Positions 57,603-64,000 of a stretch of 64,000 nucleotides of DNA are shown piece by piece. The position numbers were made by a program, and so were the translations under genes. The number at the start of each line of letters is the position of its first letter. Within the stretch, counting starts at the first letter, position 1. The stretch lies in NCBI GenBank assembly GCA_951406725.2, contig OX597816.1:33294001-33358000 (forward strand). Reading direction: 5' to 3'. The DNA comes from Octopus vulgaris (taxonomy: Eukaryota). The notes under the pieces were generated by a model that was not told the DNA's origin, searched no databases, and worked only from the letters and a program-made list of their open reading frames with translations.

Positions 57603-57759
57603 CAGTTTGGTACTTCACCCATTATTTTGGTTCTTGTAAAACTGTACGGAAATATGCGTTTTAATTATGGGAATTACACTCAGGGTTAAAGTAATATGCA
57701 GCGGGACTGAAACCGAAACTACATCATTGGAAGTAAGCTTCTGACACAGCCATGCCTGC

Positions 57760-57800
<41 letters not shown>

Positions 57801-57812
57801 GTCCTTCTCTCT

Positions 57813-57886
<74 letters not shown>

Positions 57887-58726
57887 TGACAGGCAGCCAG
57901 AGAGATAGTCATTAATATATAAAGTAAATCTGGATTTCTTCAGACGTTTGGAGGTGGGGGTTACACAAAGCACTTTAGCCGCATAATAAGAAAGTGAAAG
58001 TAAACAAACCAGAAGTGACGACAGTGAAATCAAATAATTTCATGCAAACAATAGCCAATATAAAGAACACACATATATTTTGAACAACAGGAAAACTCTA
58101 GATACTGTTATATACCAATTTAAAACAATTACGTTTACGAGGAAACGTAACTGATAGTAGGCACACAATGGGATTTGCGAATATTTTTAACGATCTCTAA
58201 ATCTTTCGTCGCATATTCCTCTGAAGATATGATCTAAATATAGCAAGTCACTGAGTTGCTTTGTCAGTGCTCTTTGTTGCTGAGTACAGCAATGTTGGAG
58301 CGGTCTACCCCAGCTGCCATCTCTGTAATATTTCAGACATCAGGATAAATAAAGGTGTATGTGAGCTCATCATGGTGAGGGATTTCACTTTTTCTCTTTA
58401 TTAAATTATGAGATGTCACTGTCACCACTTCCGCTCAGTTTACTTCGATTTTCAAAATTATAAATTGAATGGTAACTGTTTAAGTAATGCTTGTGATTAC
58501 TACGATTAATTAAACTGACAAAATTAACATTCTATAGTATATTTTGTAAGCAATAAATCATGCGGTGAAATATCTTCGTTCCTAAATGGTCTTTGTGTAG
58601 ACAACAGGTAAACAGCCACAAAAGGCGTGGGAATTGGAATAAGAGTCGTGTCTCTTTCAGTGCATTCAATATAATGTTTTTGCATTTAAAATTTATCGAC
58701 TGTCAAATATATATATCTTTATTAGA

Positions 58727-59141
58727 AAGTTAAAATTTATGACCGGTCATAAAGTGACTATTGGTCGCGTACCTACAAAGCGCTTCGCAGTATAGGCGAC
58801 TCGTCAAACTCAATGGCTACTAATATAACTCCAGAGTATCCGAGGGGTAGTAACGTTCGTACTTATGTAGAGGCGCACAGCTACCAGTACAGCTACGGAA
58901 TACAATCCACTTGGCGGCCTTTTGTAAAATACTAAGCGAGCAGGGGTGTGTAATGAATTGTCAGTAGTTCATATATCCAAAAAACAAGCACACTCTAAAG
59001 CATTAGGTAATATATTTTAGGAAGTTATATATAGGATGTTATGGTCGGTCAGAGTATGACCACTGGTTTTGCACCTATAAAGTGTTAAGCAGTACTGGTG
59101 CGAAAACGATGATCACTTTGACCGGCCATAAATTTTAACTT
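58727..59141. mobile_element. MITE-like element with ~30-bp TIRs and an internal hairpin
   Basis: AAGTTAAAATTTATGACCGGTCATAAAGTGA (58727 on) pairs with TCACTTTGACCGGCCATAAATTTTAACTT (to 59141). An internal diverged copy of the terminus lies at about 59039-59100. Confidence 0.7.
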
Positions 59142-59630
59142 GTTAAAATATATTACTGTTCTAATGTGAGCTTATTTTTCGGATATATAAGAACTAGTCG
59201 ATATAACACATACATACACACACACACACACACACATATATACTTATTATTGGGCTTTTAAGTTACTGCTCATCGAATTTTGCTATGCCATGGTAGAATG
59301 AGTTGCCCGCGATACTAAATGGGACAATGGTGTTAAACAAGAAGCAACATGTATACGAAGCGAACTTCTTAACTATGCAGTCAGTGTGTTAAGATAAAGA
59401 GACAAGGTGGGGGAGGGGAGAGATACAGTTTTATGTAGACGACACCTTTGTAATTAGTAGGTCGATAACGGGAATTTTCGTCGAATAGGTATTGTGAACA
59501 GTGCATAAATCTCTCGATTGTATAAAACGTTGATATTGCAGTTATATATTTCTGGTTGTTTTTCTATTTAACACCCTTATTCTTAAATATGATTAACTTA
59601 TTCAGTCACCGTAGTTCGGAAATAATATAC

Positions 59631-59772
59631 CTTTAATAAAATAAGTCTTTCCGTTTCCACCCCATACAAAAGCTGCGTCTATATTATCCGGCACTCCCTT
59701 GAAGCCATCGCGTATTTTACGTGGATAACCACTGACTGCTTTCATGTGGTCAAATTTCCAATATTCATCACC
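59631..59772 (-). CDS. Matrix metalloproteinase exon, hemopexin domain
   Basis: Poly-T tract then caatag|GGT GAT GAA...ATT AAA G|gtatat; 142 nt (141+1). Translation GDEYWKFDHMKAVSGYPRKIRDGFKGVPDNIDAAFVWGGNGKTYFIKG has the classic MMP GYPR..IDAAF.W..NGKTYF.KG pattern. Confidence 0.97.
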
Positions 59773-62481
59773 CTATTGAAAAAAAAAAAAGGAAAATAAC
59801 ATTATATATATATATATATAAAGCAAGTTATGATTTACATATGAAATGATCAAAGAGTATATATATCGTTAGATCTCTGCAGTGTTTTAGTTGAAATGGA
59901 TTGAGAGAGATGGACCTAGGCGCTGGAGTTGTGTGCAAATAATATTTAAAAATAATGTTTGATATACGTGTGTTATTGTTATCAGCAGTGAAGCGACGAT
60001 AATGAACTGTTTGATACCGCGAATTACCTTATCTATTTATTAGTTTGTTTGCTGTATGAATAATCTCATATTTACTGATTATCAGCAGATTTTATGTTTC
60101 TACATAGGTGAATGTTTTCATAATAAATATTCACGTATGAGAGAAAGGAAGAGTATGCGTTTGTTTTGTTATTTAACCCCAGGTGAGCATTGATGCTGCA
60201 GTTCGATGATAAATGACATTCCCTTCATGTATCTGTTTTTCAAGATGTTGAGGTGATTTCAGAAAGATTTGGTAGTCACTTTTAGCAGGGTGAGCGACCA
60301 CATTTATGGTTAAAATATGTTCCAGTTTTCAGCTCTAAGCATACTTATGGTAAAAATGTTTACCAGTATAACCATAACTAGCCATTCCCCGGAGTTGTAT
60401 ATCTAAGACCACGTTCTTCTTTGATCAAAGCAATATTGTGTTTCTGAAAGAGAGTTGCTGTTGAAGACAACACATACACTCCTTTTCAGCTAATGTGTGC
60501 ACTTGTAGGAAATGCCTGCACAATATTCTATGAGGTGCATATTGATCAATGAGAAACTAAAGTATAATTCTTAATATATTCTGGCAGATTCGAACATGAA
60601 TACCTGATTGCTCTTTTTTTCGTTATCGGAGAATAACCCTTCACTTTCAACAATGTGCATTTACAATACATACGATTACTCGAAATAAAACTTCGAGATA
60701 CCGTGGTGTTTCAACCTTCTTATGTGTATTTTCAGTCAAAGCTATCACTCTGAATTTCTTCGATGAACTGCCAGAACTATTTTGCAGCTAGCCCATGAAT
60801 TACTGAGGTTGATAGACATCAGCATTCACCAGAAACTAATTTGTTTACTAATTCCTACAAACAAAAACTCTTGCTTTGTTTAGATTCAATGAACTTGCGG
60901 GATAGCTTTGACTGAAGAGACACATAAGATCGAAACATCACCTATCTCAAAATCCCCTTACACTGGTGAATCGTGTGTTTGTAAATACATCATGCAAGTG
61001 AGAAAGCATGTGTGAATAGATATTCACGTTTGGATTTACCAGACCGTATTAAGAATACCAAGATGCCTAAAGAAGATTTACAGTAGTTGGATTGTATGAA
61101 CGTTCAGTAGAGCCTATAAGAGAGTGATTCAGTCTATATACTGATACGAGATACAGAGCGCCAGAGTAGTAACTTGACTACCAGCTGCACTTCTAATTAA
61201 AAACAAATTTAACAGTCCATTTCAAGTTTGAAAGACGTCGGCTCTCCGGGACAAGAAACTATTCAGTTCCACTTTGTCAAATTTTGTTGGTGGCACTGAC
61301 TTTCAATAACACTTATTTATAAAGTTGTTCAAAGTTGTGCAAAGCCGAGCCTGAAGGAATATATTGTATATACGACATATCGGCCAACTTCACTATTACA
61401 ATGAGTGGAGTTGTCAAAATAGTCTATGAAAAGTAGCTTCTATTCTAGTCATAAGCACTCTATGATGTTCAGTCACATATATTTTAGCTATGCTCTATTT
61501 ATATCTACCGTATTTTCGATGTTCCATGCTTATGTTCAGCTCTCTCACATAAAGTATAGTAGTGCAGACATTTTGCATCTTTAGGTAACAATCAGAATCG
61601 GCATTTGTTATCTTATGTACTCCACAAAGAGGGAGGAATTTTTGTTTACATTTTGAAGACCATATCGAATTAGTTCTAATTTAATATTGAGCACATTAAA
61701 AAAATTGTTAATTAAATATATGAAAAATTATAATTGCATTTGTAGTGAAAATGTAATTACAAATATCAAAGTAAGAAATAAAAATATAAACTGATATTTA
61801 ATGAGATTTTAAAATAGTCTGTAATCAACAACATGGTTTGAGATTTCTTCCAGAAAGGGGTAGGTTTCTCATGAATGCCTTAGAACTGTGGTTCACAAAA
61901 AGGTGTTCTATAGCACACCAAAGTGCTAAAAAGGGGCATTTTAGGGTTTCGTAAAGTTTTATAGTCATAATTAAAACTTTTAGCCTTTAAACAGTCCATA
62001 TTGTACCTAGATATTCCACCTGTTTTTTTTTTTGTTCAAACTGGCAAGGACCGGTCTCTCACACGTATCCTACACTGTCATTCAAAAATTAAACAATCCC
62101 ACCATCGAAACAATATGAATATATAAGCATTACATTTCACTGGCTTATCTGAATACTAAAGAGTTTAATTGTTGTAAAATCAATATTAACTCAAGCGTTA
62201 GTACAAATTGTCTTAATGTTGTAACTTGTAATCACATTAAATACAAGCCTAATTAACAAAACTAGGTAAGGAGAACATTTTCTAAATCTTTCTTCTATAT
62301 TTTCAACTTTACAACAGAATTTTTAAATGTGAGAATAATTACTTTTTTTTCCTATTTGACCCCCAGAGGGCCACAACATCGAGGATATCGAAAGCCAATG
62401 TTTTAAACAAAGATATACATTTCTGAAACACAATATCAAATGATGAGGAAGTATGTAGGAGTGCCGTTAGACGACGCTTAC

Positions 62482-62618
62482 CTTAAATATAAATGTGAAG
62501 CTATTATCCCAGGTAAAGGCTGCGTCAATAGGACCAGTGACACCGAGCCAGTCCCATTCGATTTTTCTTGGATATCCTACATCAATTCCTGTTCCTGACA
62601 AACGATAATATTTATCTC
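62482..62618 (-). CDS. Matrix metalloproteinase exon, hemopexin domain (first MMP exon visible in the window; upstream exons lie outside it)
   Basis: Minus strand reads tttcag|GA GAT AAA...TTT AAG|gtaagc; 137 nt (2+135). Translation (G)DKYYRLSGTGIDVGYPRKIEWDWLGVTGPIDAAFTWDNSFTFIFK carries the hemopexin motifs GYPRxI, W-x-G and IDAAF. It ends in phase 0, matching the next exon. Confidence 0.95.
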
Positions 62619-63713
62619 CTGAAATATATTAAAAATCACTGAATGTACTTAGTGTCCATCGTTTGCTTTACATTAGTAAGAGAGCTAAGATTGTCACGTA
62701 ACGAATTAAATCTAACACGTTAGCTCAATAACTCTGGCTACTGGCTTAATAACTTATCACATTGATGATGACCTCACCGAGGTCGACGACGGAGACAACA
62801 AAGCTAATATCGATAGTAACGATAATGGTGATGATAAATGATGGTGGTGGTACAGGTTGTTGTTGTTGTTGTTGCTGTTACTGCAGCTGTCGTTGTTGTT
62901 ATATTGATAACTATGATAATGGTAATCACGATGATAACGGTGGTGATGATGATGTGAATGATCGCGATTATGATGAAGACGTTAAGGAGAAAACTTATGA
63001 TAATTATCAGTCTCATGTTTGTGTACATAGCAATAAACTTGAAAGTGGTGATGACAATGTTACTGTTGATGAATACGATGATTATAGTGATGATAATGAT
63101 AAGCGAGCAAGTGAAGGGGAAATAGGTGGTGGTTATACCGAGTCATATTGGATAATGGAATTCTAGATATAAAATTCTTCAGAAAGTATGGAATAATCAT
63201 GGTAGGAACTCCATTCATCTGTGATATGTATCATCACACACACACACACACACGATATACTCCATATCACCCAGGAAGGAACATAGTGCCTGTTTCCCTG
63301 TTTCTTTGGCACATATATATATATATATATTCTTCACTGACGGGACGCCGGTTCATTACAGGATTGCTTTTCTTTTTGCCAGTGCTCTGAAGCAACGTGA
63401 AAGGAAGTGTTTTGCTTGCGGTCATGAGTCCAACACAAATCTTACGGTCATGAATCCAACACACTGGGCATTAAGCCAGAGTACGGGGTATTCCGTCATC
63501 CTAGAAACAGCTGTAAGACTTTGAATCTTTTCCAATAATAATAATGTATATGACTTGAGATGTTTGCCTTGCCTTACCGTTTGTTTCCTCCTTAACAATC
63601 ATGCATCCGCTATATCGGAAATCTGCAACCTTGGAGCACCAGTAATCCGTTACAGCATTTACCTAGCGTACCTAACCGTTTAGATCACTTGTGAACTAAT
63701 CCCTTATCTTTTG

Positions 63714-63814
<101 letters not shown>

Positions 63815-64000
63815 TGTTATATTTTTATCTCCGTCAATCGTCAAGTGATCATCATTCCGTATCTCTCTTTTACTCTTTTTACTCTTTTTACTTGTGTCAG
63901 TCATTTGACTGCGGCCATGCTGGAGCACCGCCTTTAATCGAGCAACTCGACCCCGAGACTTATTCTTTGTAAGCCCGGTACTTATTCTATCGGTCTCTTT

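Noticed and set aside
62762-63166. 134-aa Asp/Cys-rich ORF
   Set aside because: It comes from degenerate (GAT)n/(TGT)n low-complexity sequence, lies antisense within an MMP intron, and shows no domain signal.

Overview
AT-rich eukaryotic (animal) genomic DNA, dominated by (TA)n/(CA)n/(TAA)n microsatellites and repeats. The SINE families and microsatellite load resemble an octopus (coleoid cephalopod) genome; this is inference, not a database result. The one securely supported gene is the 3' end of a matrix metalloproteinase on the minus strand. It has four spliced exons with consistent phases (62618-62482, 59772-59631, 54904-54732, 52449-52171) that encode hemopexin blades and a GPI-anchor-like hydrophobic tail; the 5' exons lie beyond the window. 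One probable plus-strand exon (1233-1355) resembles a VWA domain, but its partner exons could not be fixed. The rest is a dense mix of mobile DNA: at least four SINE-like families, fragments of RTE, CR1, R4/Dong-type and Penelope retroelements, a Merlin transposase remnant beside a non-autonomous relative with a perfect 8-bp TSD, and piggyBac-like and hAT-like MITEs. Several fold-back palindromes recur, some carrying hammerhead-ribozyme-like cores. The most unusual is a tRNA-head + (AAT)n + hammerhead unit in a head-to-head dimer at 40519-41126. Nearly all ORFs in the supplied track are microsatellite artefacts.
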